Shown: piece by piece, positions 8,155 through 18,664 of the stretch | How the letters are laid out: every line of letters starts with the position of its first letter | Position numbering within the stretch: position 1 is the first letter of the stretch | Assembly (NCBI GenBank): GCA_918797485.1 | Contig: CAKKNE010000006.1 | Location: forward strand, 2,294,001-2,358,000 | DNA: 64,000 nt | Source of the DNA: Pelagomonas calceolata | Taxonomy: Eukaryota | Reading direction: 5' to 3' | Translations under genes and position numbers: made by a program | The notes under the pieces: model-generated | Seen by the model: only the letters and a program-made list of their open reading frames with translations | Database searches by the model: none | Told to the model about the DNA's origin: nothing

Positions 8155-11042
8155 TCAGGCCATCGCGCCCGAGAAGGTCACGTCCGGCGTGATCGGCACG
8201 TCGGCCTTCTTCTTGTCCTGGCGCTCCGTCATCTCGGACCACGCCTGCGCCAAGTCGGCTTTTTCGTTGCCCTTCCTCACGACACAGCGGTCGCCCCGAG
8301 CCACGCGCACGACGGCGCAGCACCCTAGTAATGCGCCAGTAACTAGTAAGGCAGTAACAAGTAAAGTGGCCGCAGCCCCAGTGTCCTCGTCGGGCTCGAC
8401 GGCAAAAGGGTCCGCGGACTTGACATACCCTACGGTAGAAGCCTTCTTCTCCTCGTCGTCGTGCCAGTCCTCGAAGTGCCTTCGTTCATCGTCGCCGTCC
8501 GCGAAGTAGTCGTCGTCCCAGTACCTGCGCGGAATGGCCTCAAACTCGAAAAAGAAACCACCCACTTCCATCGTTCCTGGAGACGAGTCGTATTGAAGTG
8601 AAGGCACCGACGTGGGACGCCGCGAGCGGACCAGTTGCTCTCGTCGTCGTCCCACCACGTGTCGTCCTCGTAGGTGCTGAAGTTGCCCTTGGACGCGGGA
8701 CCGCAGTCCTGGCAGTCCGTTCCTAACGCGCATTCTCCGCCCTGGCGCGGGTCGTCGCAGAAGCCATCCCTAGCATACGCGCACGTGTTGTCGCATTCTA
8801 CTTCTTCAACTTCTTTTTGTGTGGCATCCCCATGCAACGGTTGGCAGTCCGTGCAGTCCGTGCCGTAGGCGCAGGCCGGTAGACTACCTTCGTCGTCCCA
8901 ATACTGGCCGTAAGCGTCGTCATAAAAACCCGCGTAGTAGTTGTCGTCCCCATACCTCCCCCCCCAGTCATCGTCCCAACCATACTCATCATCTTCGACC
9001 GCCGGCTGCGTGCCGTCGTCACACACACCGTCCAGGGCCCACTCGCAGGAATCGTCGCAGATATCACCATCCGGTTCCTTGACGACTGTCGCCACAACTA
9101 TCGGTTTGTCGAAGATGACCTCGCCCGCACCCGAATCTACTTTGGTTACTTTGAGCTCGACGCCTTTGTCATCTTTCAGGTCGTCGCACCACGCTCCATC
9201 TTCTTTGAGTTCCAATGTTACAGACCACTCGGTGGCCTCGATCACACTGTACTTGGCGGCTCTAGTTGGCTCTAGGGTCAACGACGTGCCGTCCGGCGAG
9301 AAGCCCGAACCTCGCACCACCAATCTCTTCGAATGCGTGCCGTACAGCTTGAGCTCGGGGTGGGCGTCAACCACAGGATCGCGGAGGACCGTCGCGACGC
9401 CGACACCTTGACCGTTCGCGAAGGTTCTTTTGGTTTTATCCCCACAGGTGATCTGCGTCACGTATAGAACACCTACCGGCCAGCGCTGCTTGTCCTTTAA
9501 TTCCATCTGGATCTCGGTCGGCGACGCCTTCGTGACGGAAAAGACGTCGGACGAGATGCCCTGCTTGAATTCGACCTTCGCGTCCTTTCCACTATACCCT
9601 TTCTTGCACAGCGAGGTCCCGGAGATCTTTAAATGGCGTAGTGCAGGAGTCTCGTACAAAGTTTGAGTAGACGCGGTAGGCGAGATCTGCGCGCCGGACT
9701 CGTGCAGAGCGTCCTCCTTGATCGTGCCCAGCACGCGGGGCATCGCCTTCGAGACCGTCGGGGCCGGGCCGGCGCCCGTGTCGAGTGCGACACATTTTAA
9801 CGTGCCTCCTGCCTTCGACGCCCACGCTTTCCCATCTCTTAAAGCTACTCTAGCATGGGTAGCATTGAAGACACTTAACAAGTAGTCGACGAAGGGCCTC
9901 AGCTCCAAAGAACCGTCCGCAGACTCCCCAACAAGGCTAACAGTCGTAGAGCCGCGCACGAAGCCACCACCCACTAACCATAACTCATGGGTCAAGGTCC
10001 GGTAGATCTCCCGCGTCTGGTCCGAATGGAGCGAGGGATCCGCGTAGATCGTCGCGACGACGCGGCCCTTCTTCGCATCCGTGGCACCGACCGGCACGAG
10101 GCCCGCGCCGGCGTCGACCGCGAGTAGCGTGAGCGGCCCAGGTAGGTTCGCGGCGTTCGGCCGCCACTTGCTACCAGCTAATAGCGATAGCGTGAGAGCA
10201 TTTGTGGTGGCGGAAGTAACGGTATAGTTCACGCCTCGGCCCTGGAGCTTGTTGCCCCACCGGAGTCGATTCATGGGCGCCGTCTCGTTGAAACCATGAC
10301 CAATAACTTTGAGCTCGGGCGCTGACTGGTAGTATTTTTTATCTGACGTAGTTTCTACCGTAACACCATGTCCACCGAGGTTCGCTTGCACTTCGGCCAC
10401 CGTCACTCCCCCAAATTTGGCGTCGATTCTTAATGCCCCAGCACCGGTGTCGATGCGCTTGAGTTTGAGGGGTCCTGGATTGCCATCAGATCTCCACTTG
10501 CGCCCCGTTTTTAGCGACAATTGAGCCACCTTGGGCGACTTGATTTGTAGGACATAATCGACATCTTGATAGAGCGGCGGGTCAAACGTCAACTGCGTCT
10601 TCTTCGCGCGGAAGGCCGTGCCGTTTATGAGTAGTTTCAGCGAGGCCGACATGTAGAGGAGCCGATCTTCGTGTTTCACTACGGTAGGTGTGCTCAACAC
10701 CGTCGCGGCCACGACGGGCTCCTCCAGCAAATTCTGGTCGCCCTGCGTGTCGTCTCTGTACTCCGTGAGGTACAAAGACGACTCCGATAACCCTTCGCCG
10801 AGCGGCCACGTCGCTGAACCCTTGAGCAACACCGAGAGACTCGTCTCCGACGTCACGAGGACCGAATACTTGGCCGGGTCCAACGCCGGCACGAAGGTGA
10901 GGTGGATGTTCGTGCCGTCGCCTGCAAACCCTTCGCCCTGCAGTCTTAGTTTCGGGGTCACGGTGCTGTAGACCAGGGCGTTGCGCGACGTGACCTTGAC
11001 GGCCGCGGCGGTGCTGACGAGCGCCAGGAGGCGCATCATCAT
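8155..11042 (-). CDS. Type I membrane protein with Ig/IPT-like repeats, Cys/Asp-rich repeats and a C-terminal TM helix; 2 exons (11042-8632, 8524-8155)
   Basis: Signal peptide MMMRLLALVSTAAA; repeated LxIxGxGF...DTGAG units; CDDSCEWALDGVCDDG and CDNTCAYARDGFCDD; splicing gives SNW-YWDDDY followed by a TM helix. Confidence 0.8.
8525..8631 (-). other. Conventional GT-AG intron, 107 nt
   Basis: GTCCGC...CGCGCAG; removal joins two ORFs in frame. Confidence 0.8.
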
Positions 11043-11552
11043 CGTTTTTGACTGGCGCGCCGGCAATTTTTTTTTTTCAGTATCAACTGAGCTGCTTTGT
11101 CAGCGACGGCGCGGCGTTAGCGCTGCGTCGGTTGGATCGCTGGCGTTGCGCGATAGCAATACCGAGACGCCGCGACGTAGAATGCACTTCGGGTGGCCGC
11201 GGCGATGTCGCGTCGGCGCTCGGCAAAATTGATGAAACCTCTAGCTTGACATACTAGGACGAAATTTACTCAGCCGATTACGAGTCCAAGTAAGCCTCCG
11301 AGCCCCGGTAACGCTCCCGCGCCCAGGCCTCGGCGCGACGCGCCAGGTCGCGGGTCTGGAGCGCCGTCGAGCGCCCGAGCGCCGAGCGCATCGATTTTGC
11401 GCACTCCCCGGCTCGGGCGAGGTCCGGGCAGCCAAGCACTTGTGCGCAGCAAGAGAGGCAGCCTCTCGCGCGCGCCGCGCTCGGAGCGGAGCACCGCTGC
11501 CGCTGCCGCTTGGGACGAGCCTGCTCACTGCTCGGGCGCCGCCGCGGCGCCG

Positions 11553-12104
11553 ATGGAGGACGGCTGGGTCGAATACGTCGACCCGGCCACCGGCCACCCC
11601 TACCTGTACCATGCGGAGAGCGGCGAGAGCCGCTGGGTCGTGGCCAAGCCGCCCGCGCCGCCCGCGGGCAGCCCGAACGGCCACGCGAACGGCGCATCGT
11701 ACGCCGCCGCCGCGCCGCACGACGCCGCCGCGGAGGCCGACGCCTCGTCGTCGTCCGCGTCCTCGTCGTCGTCCTCCTCGGACGACGAGCGCGGCATCTC
11801 TGATGATGAATTTGACGACCCCGACCTCGAGGCCAAGTTCCGGCGCATGCTGGAGACGCCCGAGGGCCGGGAAGCCGTGGACGCGGAGCGCGCGCGGGCC
11901 GAGCGGTTGGTGGACCGGCGCGAGCGCGAGCGCTACGAGGCGTGGCGGCGGCGGCGGCGGCGGCAGAGTGGTGGTGGCGGTTTCCTGTCGACGCTGGCGA
12001 CGCTGGCGACGCTGCCCCTGAAGGTCTCGTTCGGGGTGATCCGGTGGGGCTGGAACCGGTGGCGGCGGCCCGAGGCCGCGGGCGACGGGTCCGAGGTTGT
12101 GTAG
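11553..12104 (+). CDS. WW-domain protein
   Basis: GWVEYVDPATGHPYLYHAESGESRW. Confidence 0.8.
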   Translation: MEDGWVEYVDPATGHPYLYHAESGESRWVVAKPPAPPAGSPNGHANGASYAAAAPHDAAAEADASSSSASSSSSSSDDERGISDDEFDDPDLEAKFRRMLETPEGREAVDAERARAERLVDRRERERYEAWRRRRRRQSGGGGFLSTLATLATLPLKVSFGVIRWGWNRWRRPEAAGDGSEVV

Positions 12105-12141
12105 TTACTTTTGTCATTTTTTAAAACATGGCGTGGAGAAT

Positions 12142-12810
12142 TTACCGCTCCGGCTCCATTTCGACGACGACGCCCTCGACGGTCGGCTCCTCGCCGCCGC
12201 CTTCGACCTTTCCGCCCGACGACGACCCGCCGCCATGCACCTCGATCTCTGGATGGACCGCCGTTGGGACGGGCGGGTAGAAGAAGGTGTGGTACATCGT
12301 CGGCGCATCGCCGTTGAAGGAGGACGTAAACGTTAGACGCAGGTAGCGGCCGAGCTTCATCGGGGCCCAAGACCAGTGCTTCACGGCAGGATCCGGCTCG
12401 GAGACACGCGCCCACGGCACGTCCTCACCCCACGCGGCGTCGGCACTCAGGCTGGCCACCGGCCGCCAGGGCCCTTCCTGTTCATCGGACGTCTCGACGG
12501 TCATCGTCTTCGGCGACTCACCGGCCACGTACGCCTTCATCTCAACGCCGGCCACAAGCCGCCCCTCGCATCCCTCGAAGAGGGCCCAGTGAGGGAAGCA
12601 TCCATGCCCGCCACTGCGTCCACCAAAGTTTGCGAAGCCACCACCACGCGAGGTGATGTTGCTCAGACGGCCGTTGCCATCCATCGGGCTCGACTGGACT
12701 GCTCTGAGTGAAAGCGGAGCGTTCCAATCAACCTGTGGCGAGCGGCCGCTGCTGCCCGGTGAGTGGGTGCCCATTGCCGCAACCCATTGCTTCGAGCCAC
12801 CGCATCCCAT
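12142..12810 (-). CDS. Putative N-myristoylated protein with a discoidin/galactose-binding-like domain
   Basis: MGCGGSK N-terminus; PKTMTVETS...GPW and GRYLRLTF motifs. Confidence 0.55.
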   Translation of the reverse strand: MGCGGSKQWVAAMGTHSPGSSGRSPQVDWNAPLSLRAVQSSPMDGNGRLSNITSRGGGFANFGGRSGGHGCFPHWALFEGCEGRLVAGVEMKAYVAGESPKTMTVETSDEQEGPWRPVASLSADAAWGEDVPWARVSEPDPAVKHWSWAPMKLGRYLRLTFTSSFNGDAPTMYHTFFYPPVPTAVHPEIEVHGGGSSSGGKVEGGGEEPTVEGVVVEMEPER

Positions 12811-12965
12811 TGCCAAGTTCTATAGCGCCCACTGTCCTTTCCAAATGGTGTCTTGTCAGCCGGGCAGCCGGGAGAGCTGTGGATGCGGGTTCTTGGAGAT
12901 GGTTCTTGGCGCCATCGCTGCGGCCCCACGCACTCCGCGGCGAGTCGGTGGAAAAGTAGCAAACG

Positions 12966-14510
12966 TTACTCCCCGGACTCCTTGGGCGGCCCCGGCCGCC
13001 ACCCGTCCCCGTCCTCGTCCGAATCAGCACAGGGCTCCACATCTAATATAGACACGGCGTTCGCCGGGTCCCACTCCGGCGCCACCTCGTTGTCGTCCTC
13101 GACCTTCAAGAGCCGCGGCGCGCCAGATAAAGCGCCCCGCGCGGCGACGGCCCGCCGACTCACCTCGCGGCGGAACCAGCCCGCCCCCCTTTGGATTTGC
13201 GTCGTGGCGACGGGGAACTCGGCCTCGATGCCCTTCCAGGACGTCTCCGCGGCCCGTGCTAGCTTGCCGACCAAGGGCTTTTCCTCCTGAACACTTGGGT
13301 CGGGCAAATCCCACTGGCACATTTTGAGCGTCTTTGGGGACGCCAGAGCGTCGTTCAAGTGCCTTTCCAACATCCCGACGAGCACCTCCTTCGGGACGAT
13401 CCCATACACCGTCTTCAGGAGACTCTGGTCGGCGTTTTCATCGACGGCGATCGCGTCCTTCTCCAGGATGAGTCGCGGGAGGCGTATCAGTTCGACACGC
13501 GATAGGCGTGGAAACGGCGCCGTCGTTGATGATTTCAACAGTAGCTCGCAGCGCGGCCGGCCCGATAAGGTACTTCGCAAATCGAACGACAACGGGTGCG
13601 TCACGGACTTGTCGATGCCCTTGAGTAAATGAGCTGCTGTTTTGAGAAATGAAGGCAGGCCGCCGCCGGCCGGGCGGTAGCCCTTGACCCGACACACCAA
13701 GCGCTGGGGCCATCTCAGGTCGAGACCCAACCGATGCGCGTCCTGATCCGGCCGCAACTCCAATCTTTTGACACTCAGCTTGTCGTCGCCCTCATACCTC
13801 AAAGTCATGGCCTCGACGACGTAGATGCCTCTCAATGCTTTATTCATCTGCGCGAGCGTCTTCTCCGACGAGAGCACGTTGTTCAGCGTCCTTAACCAAT
13901 TATGCCGGTGGAACAAACCAGCATCACCCAACAGACCGTCGACCGACAAGGACGAGAGGAAGGCCGCGGCCTCGTCGGACATCTCGCCGGCCTCCGCGCG
14001 TCTAGCTTGCCGTCTTTCTTCCTCGACCTCGGCTCTCGCATCATCGCGAGCTGAGGAAGACGCCGTCTTCAGCGTTCGCAACCACCTCTGCCGCTCGCCT
14101 TCCGACGAACATTCCAAGTGGTACACGTCATCTCTCGCGCGAAGCGTGAACGCGAAAACATGAGCTCTTTTAGGAACGTAATCGAGACCCAGATCACACC
14201 TAGCACCTCCTAAATTCACGCGCCCCCGCTCCTTCAGGCACCGCTCGTCCTCGTAGTAGGAGATCGACGACCAGTCATCTGATAAAACAAAATAGCGCCG
14301 CTTCCAGTTCCGCCTTTTTCTTCCTTTTTTCATGAGCCATCCTCTCGACACAAAAGGTGGCGGCGGCGGCGGCGGCGGCGCCTTTTCTTCTTCTTTTTTC
14401 TCGATAGTTTTTGGTTTCACTTGCGCCGGTTTTTTTTTCGTGCCAAATTCCAGCGTGATGCCGGCCTCGGCGGCTCGTAAGAGTGTTAGTAAGGTGAGGA
14501 GGCGGAGCAT
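12966..14510 (-). CDS. PH-domain protein with N-terminal hydrophobic segment and possible SMP-like C-terminal domain
   Basis: GWLMKKGRKRRNWKRRYFVL...ERQRWLRTL is a PH domain; MLRLLTLLTLLRAAEA leader. Confidence 0.8.
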   Translation of the reverse strand: MLRLLTLLTLLRAAEAGITLEFGTKKKPAQVKPKTIEKKEEEKAPPPPPPPPFVSRGWLMKKGRKRRNWKRRYFVLSDDWSSISYYEDERCLKERGRVNLGGARCDLGLDYVPKRAHVFAFTLRARDDVYHLECSSEGERQRWLRTLKTASSSARDDARAEVEEERRQARRAEAGEMSDEAAAFLSSLSVDGLLGDAGLFHRHNWLRTLNNVLSSEKTLAQMNKALRGIYVVEAMTLRYEGDDKLSVKRLELRPDQDAHRLGLDLRWPQRLVCRVKGYRPAGGGLPSFLKTAAHLLKGIDKSVTHPLSFDLRSTLSGRPRCELLLKSSTTAPFPRLSRVELIRLPRLILEKDAIAVDENADQSLLKTVYGIVPKEVLVGMLERHLNDALASPKTLKMCQWDLPDPSVQEEKPLVGKLARAAETSWKGIEAEFPVATTQIQRGAGWFRREVSRRAVAARGALSGAPRLLKVEDDNEVAPEWDPANAVSILDVEPCADSDEDGDGWRPGPPKESGE

Positions 14511-14762
14511 CGCTGTGGCGCGTGGCGGCGGCTGCGGTGCACGACTCTTGTTGCGCAGTGCGCTGCACCTTACGTCGCGCCGCTGCGGAGCACTGATGCT
14601 TGGTGAGCGCAGTGCGCTGCTGCAATTACGTCGCGGAGCCCGGCACTTGCCGCAAGTCGTCGTCCTCGGCTCACACAGTGCTAATCGATGCCAACGCACG
14701 ATATCAAGGTCCTTCGACGGCAGTTTGCTCCCTGTGAGCTATTTTTTTGTGCAATATAAACC

Positions 14763-14784
14763 CTAGCGTCTATTAAGACACTAG
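14763..14784 (+). promoter_or_regulatory. CTAGCG-N10-CACTAG motif copy
   Basis: CTAGCGTCTATTAAGACACTAG, between divergent genes. Confidence 0.6.
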
Positions 14785-14826
14785 CAAGCAAAATCGTTCC
14801 TGACCCTCGGCCTTGCGCTGCCACAG

Positions 14827-16290
14827 ATGGCGAGCTACGGACTGGAGGGGCCCGGCTTGATCCCAGGGCCGGCACGAGCGAGGGCGTCGCGACCTACGAT
14901 GGCCGGATTACCGCCTCCGATGGCCGCACTGACCACTGCGGAGGAAGATGCCTTGCGCCGCGCGCTTGGCGAGTTACACCCTTGCCCGCCGGCCACTATA
15001 CTCAGGGCAGCCGAGAAAACACTGGGCAGACCCGAGGGCAGCCTAGACGCACGGCAAATGCTCGTCACGGCGTTTTGCAACGCCGAGATGTCGCGCATCG
15101 ACGACCTCAAAAGAGCCGTCGCGCCGCCGTCGCTCGCCTTCGGCGACAAGGGCCTGGTCGTGACCTTTACGCCGCCGAGCGACGTTTCTCACGCGGCGCT
15201 GTACCTGCACGTCGACGGCGACAAGCTGTTCTACGACGCCGACAAAAAGAAACTCCTCGCGCCCGGGGAGCTGGGCAACGCATTGGCGGCGAGGCCTCGG
15301 AGACCGAACAAGGTCGTTGTGAGCGGGGGCCTCAAGGTCGGGAAGCCAATCACGGCCACCGTGTGCTACCGCGGGCCCGCCGCGTTCGCCTTCGGCCCGG
15401 AGGGCGCCCACAGCAACTCCGTCGTCGCCGCTCTGCCCTTGCTGCCCGGCGCGCCGCTGGTGCAGCCCTACACGGCGGGTGGTGTTAAAGTCCACTTCGT
15501 GGCTCCGCCGCGCTGCTTCAAGGTCGCCATTCGAGTGGTCGATACTGCGTCTGGCGATGTCTATCGGGTCGAATGGAATGCAGATAAAGACCTGTACGAT
15601 TGCCTGCTGGGACTGACGGGTCCGGGCACCTCGAGAGTCCCGATCCGCACCATCGAGGTCGACGACCATACTCGCCAAAGTACGGCGAAAATTAGGCTAC
15701 GCGCACACAACATCGAGTACGCGATTAGTCTCGCGGCGTTCAACGGCGTTGCGTGGTCGGAATTTGGCCCCGCGTCGACGATAAACCTCGCGGACCACGT
15801 GCCGTTGGTCCCCTGCGCGCCGCTCATAGATACGATCGGCGAGGATAACGCGATGGTGCGGTTCTCGCCGCCGCCGTCGAAACTTTCGGCTCATGGCTCG
15901 CAAGTCGTGCTCGCGTTCCGCGTCCGTGGGGCCCCCGCGGACGCGACGCGATATTTCGATTCGAATACCCTCGAGCTGGTCGGCGGGGACTATGCGCGGG
16001 ACGCTGTTGGCCTGCTGAATGCCAAAAAGCATGGTCGCGCTATCCGCGTGCGGGGCCTCGCGGCGGCTACGGAGTACGAGGCGACCGTCATTGGCGCAAA
16101 TACATTCGGCTGGAGTGCACACAGCCCGGCCACCACCTTCAAGACGCTCCCGGGCGAGGTGGAGGTGACGGGCGTCCAGACCCAGGACGAGCGCGACGCC
16201 GAGGCGAAGAAGCGCGCCGTCGACGTCGACGCGGACGACTCGGACGAGCCCGAGGCCAAGCGGCCGGCGCGGAAGAAGCGCAGGCAGTAG
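14827..16290 (+). CDS. Fibronectin type III repeat protein with basic NLS-like tail
   Basis: VRGLAAATEYEATVIGANTFGWS and YAISLAAFNGVAWSEFG; tail KRPARKKRRQ; start may be 14899. Confidence 0.7.
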   Translation: MASYGLEGPGLIPGPARARASRPTMAGLPPPMAALTTAEEDALRRALGELHPCPPATILRAAEKTLGRPEGSLDARQMLVTAFCNAEMSRIDDLKRAVAPPSLAFGDKGLVVTFTPPSDVSHAALYLHVDGDKLFYDADKKKLLAPGELGNALAARPRRPNKVVVSGGLKVGKPITATVCYRGPAAFAFGPEGAHSNSVVAALPLLPGAPLVQPYTAGGVKVHFVAPPRCFKVAIRVVDTASGDVYRVEWNADKDLYDCLLGLTGPGTSRVPIRTIEVDDHTRQSTAKIRLRAHNIEYAISLAAFNGVAWSEFGPASTINLADHVPLVPCAPLIDTIGEDNAMVRFSPPPSKLSAHGSQVVLAFRVRGAPADATRYFDSNTLELVGGDYARDAVGLLNAKKHGRAIRVRGLAAATEYEATVIGANTFGWSAHSPATTFKTLPGEVEVTGVQTQDERDAEAKKRAVDVDADDSDEPEAKRPARKKRRQ

Positions 16291-16421
16291 TTGTGTGTAA
16301 ATCAGCCCCCGGGGGAAGTTGATACTAGTATTGCATAACAGCAGCGTCTTACCGTCTAGTCGTCGCGAAGAACAACCGGGGTCGAACGAAGTCGGAACCG
16401 AGGGTATCGAAAACAGCGAAG

Positions 16422-18110
16422 TCACTTCTGGCGCTTGGCCGGCGACTCGGCGGCGCTGCCGCGGCGCTTGCGCGTCGCGGGCGCCGCAGAACCGCCTAAC
16501 CGCTTCGCGAGCCAAGTTCGGAGTTTTTTCGCCGTCTTTTTGGGCCAGCTTCCGGCCGAGGGCGCCTTTTGCTGCAAGAGCGCGTCGCGCTCGGCCTCGA
16601 AGCACGCCCACGGGACACATGTATCACCTGTTAATTCACCACTAACGTCGACGCACCACTCGCGGCCGTCGTCATTGCATTTCTGGACGTGGTGGATGTC
16701 CGTAGCGCCCAGGGACGTGAGCAAGGCGCGGACATCCGTGTTCTCGTCGTCGACGCGGACGTGGTAACACGTCCCTTTGGGTGGGGGGTGCACCGGTTCT
16801 ATAGCTTCATCAGAACCCAGGTCGATCTCGTAGACCGACCGCATCAGGTGCAGGCGGTTCTCGCAACTCGTACCTTTCTCGAGCAAGCGTACGTAAACAA
16901 CTCCCGTGGTGTGGGCGTCCCAGCCGGCCTCGTGGAAGCGCTGCGTCGTACGAGGGTCTCTACGAGGCGCATCGAGCGCCGCCCTAAACGCCGCCGTGCG
17001 CGCCGCGTCGTCGACCTGGCCGTCTTCATCGGACTCGTCTTCGGACGACTCTTCCGGGCCGTACTTCCCAAAACCGCGCGCGAAGCGGATCTCCGCACCT
17101 GTCGACGTCTGGACGGCCTCGTACAATTGATCTAACGCGGTCCTTCTCTCAGGAAAGGCACACCGCGGCGCGAAGGCCTTCGTGTCGACGATGATCGGGA
17201 AGTTCTGCCGCACGAGAGCCTTGAATGAAGACCAGTCTTCTGGGATAGGTGCTTCGAAGTGCTCCAACAGAAACAAAAGGTCGTAGAGGCAGTTGTGGCC
17301 TACGAGAGGCAGCTTCCGGTCGCGACAGGCATCGCGCAATTCCACAAACAGCGCCCGAGCCCCAATCTTGTTCTCGCGGACGTCGTCAAGCCGTTGCTGC
17401 TTCCTTAACTGATCCCTACGAGCCTTCTCGGCCTCAGTTAACAGGACACACCGAATCTGGTGCTTGACGGGCCCTTTTTCGGTGGCGACGAGGGGAAACC
17501 TCCGCTCAATCTCTTGATGCAGGTACTTCCGGACCACAGGCGTCGCGTGCGGTTGGAGGTCCATCTGTTTTACTGATGTCTGTTCAGACAGCACCTGGAC
17601 CTTTGCTAACTCCCCATCAGCGAAGGCCTTGTAGGTCGCGTCCTGGAGCTGGAACGTCTTGCGCTCGGGCTCACTGGAGGCCTCCTTGATGAGTCGAGCT
17701 TCCGTCGCGCTGTCGACGTAGGGGATGCCATCTCGTAACCAGGTGCCGAAGTCCATGGCGTTCTTCCTCAGGAAAGCAACGGCTCCGGTACTCAAATTTA
17801 CGTCTCTCCCTCCAGGGGTCTCCGCGGCAAAAACATAGCAGTTGAAGACACTTGAACGGTAGCTTTCGCCGTTTTTTTCGAACACGGCGATGCCCAGTTG
17901 CATCAATCCAAAGGACTTGGCGACATTTCTCATCCTCGCGTAGCGCGACGATGCCGAATCAGACAAGGGGTTCATGTCCTGGAACGAGCCGTTGTTGAAG
18001 CTTATTCCCGTGAACTCCTCGTCGATGGCGACGAACTGGGCCTTGGGCGACTGGAGGGCCCGTCGCAATTTCGTGACGGCGTCGCTCAGGTTGTCTCGAC
18101 TCACGTCCAT
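16422..18110 (-). CDS. PARN: Poly(A)-specific ribonuclease, PARN/CAF1 family
   Basis: FVAIDEEFTGI, QLGIAVF, FNCYVF, R3H-like RKYLHQEI, VGHNCLYDL, FHEAGWDAHTTG. Confidence 0.88.
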   Translation of the reverse strand: MDVSRDNLSDAVTKLRRALQSPKAQFVAIDEEFTGISFNNGSFQDMNPLSDSASSRYARMRNVAKSFGLMQLGIAVFEKNGESYRSSVFNCYVFAAETPGGRDVNLSTGAVAFLRKNAMDFGTWLRDGIPYVDSATEARLIKEASSEPERKTFQLQDATYKAFADGELAKVQVLSEQTSVKQMDLQPHATPVVRKYLHQEIERRFPLVATEKGPVKHQIRCVLLTEAEKARRDQLRKQQRLDDVRENKIGARALFVELRDACRDRKLPLVGHNCLYDLLFLLEHFEAPIPEDWSSFKALVRQNFPIIVDTKAFAPRCAFPERRTALDQLYEAVQTSTGAEIRFARGFGKYGPEESSEDESDEDGQVDDAARTAAFRAALDAPRRDPRTTQRFHEAGWDAHTTGVVYVRLLEKGTSCENRLHLMRSVYEIDLGSDEAIEPVHPPPKGTCYHVRVDDENTDVRALLTSLGATDIHHVQKCNDDGREWCVDVSGELTGDTCVPWACFEAERDALLQQKAPSAGSWPKKTAKKLRTWLAKRLGGSAAPATRKRRGSAAESPAKRQK

Positions 18111-18370
18111 GTCCCTAGAGCTTGTGCTTTACCTGCGTGCTGTGGGGGCGCGCGCGCGCACGGTATTGGGTTTTGGCGCGCGGGGGTCGGGGCGCGGGCA
18201 AAGGACCTGCAAGGACAGATGAGGTGATCAAGGGTTTGGAGGGCGCTGGCTGGACATTCGTTGTTGCGGGCGGCTGCGCGGCTGGTGAGAGGCTGCGCGG
18301 CGTCAGCGAGCGCGTCAGGCGGCGCGCGCCGGCCGCGTAGCGCGTGGCGGCGGCTGCCGAGCTGTGCTAG

Positions 18371-18391
18371 CTAGTGTCTACACGACGCTAG
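18371..18391 (-). promoter_or_regulatory. CTAGCG-N9-CACTAG motif copy
   Basis: Reverse complement CTAGCGTCGTGTAGACACTAG, between divergent genes. Confidence 0.6.
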
Positions 18392-18664
18392 CTTCGACGC
18401 ACCACGCGCTACAAGCGTTTTGTAGGCCTTGTAGGAGCTTGTGCAGACCTGACGCCGCCAATAGCTGCTCAGTGTTGCCGTGTGGTGCGCTTGATTAAGA
18501 CAGACTGATCCGTTCGCCGCTTCTCCGCCCACAGAGCAGCTTGCTCTCAAACGCTCTGGACGGCCGTCCCAGGGCCTTACACATCACCACGGCGCCGCTG
18601 CGTTTCGTATTATCGTCCTGCGATACACGGCAGTCAAAAGAAAAGAAGTCAACAAAGAAAAGAG

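Noticed and set aside
8525..8631. Intron as a member of the introner family
   Set aside because: No TIRs, no 8-bp TSD and no core motif; it looks like a conventional intron
11241..11257. ctagcttgacatactag as a promoter-motif copy (also ctagtgtga at about 33347 and cttagtatgaacaacactag at about 63141)
   Set aside because: Spacing or first box does not fit the consensus, and the 63141 site lies in a convergent gap; not counted
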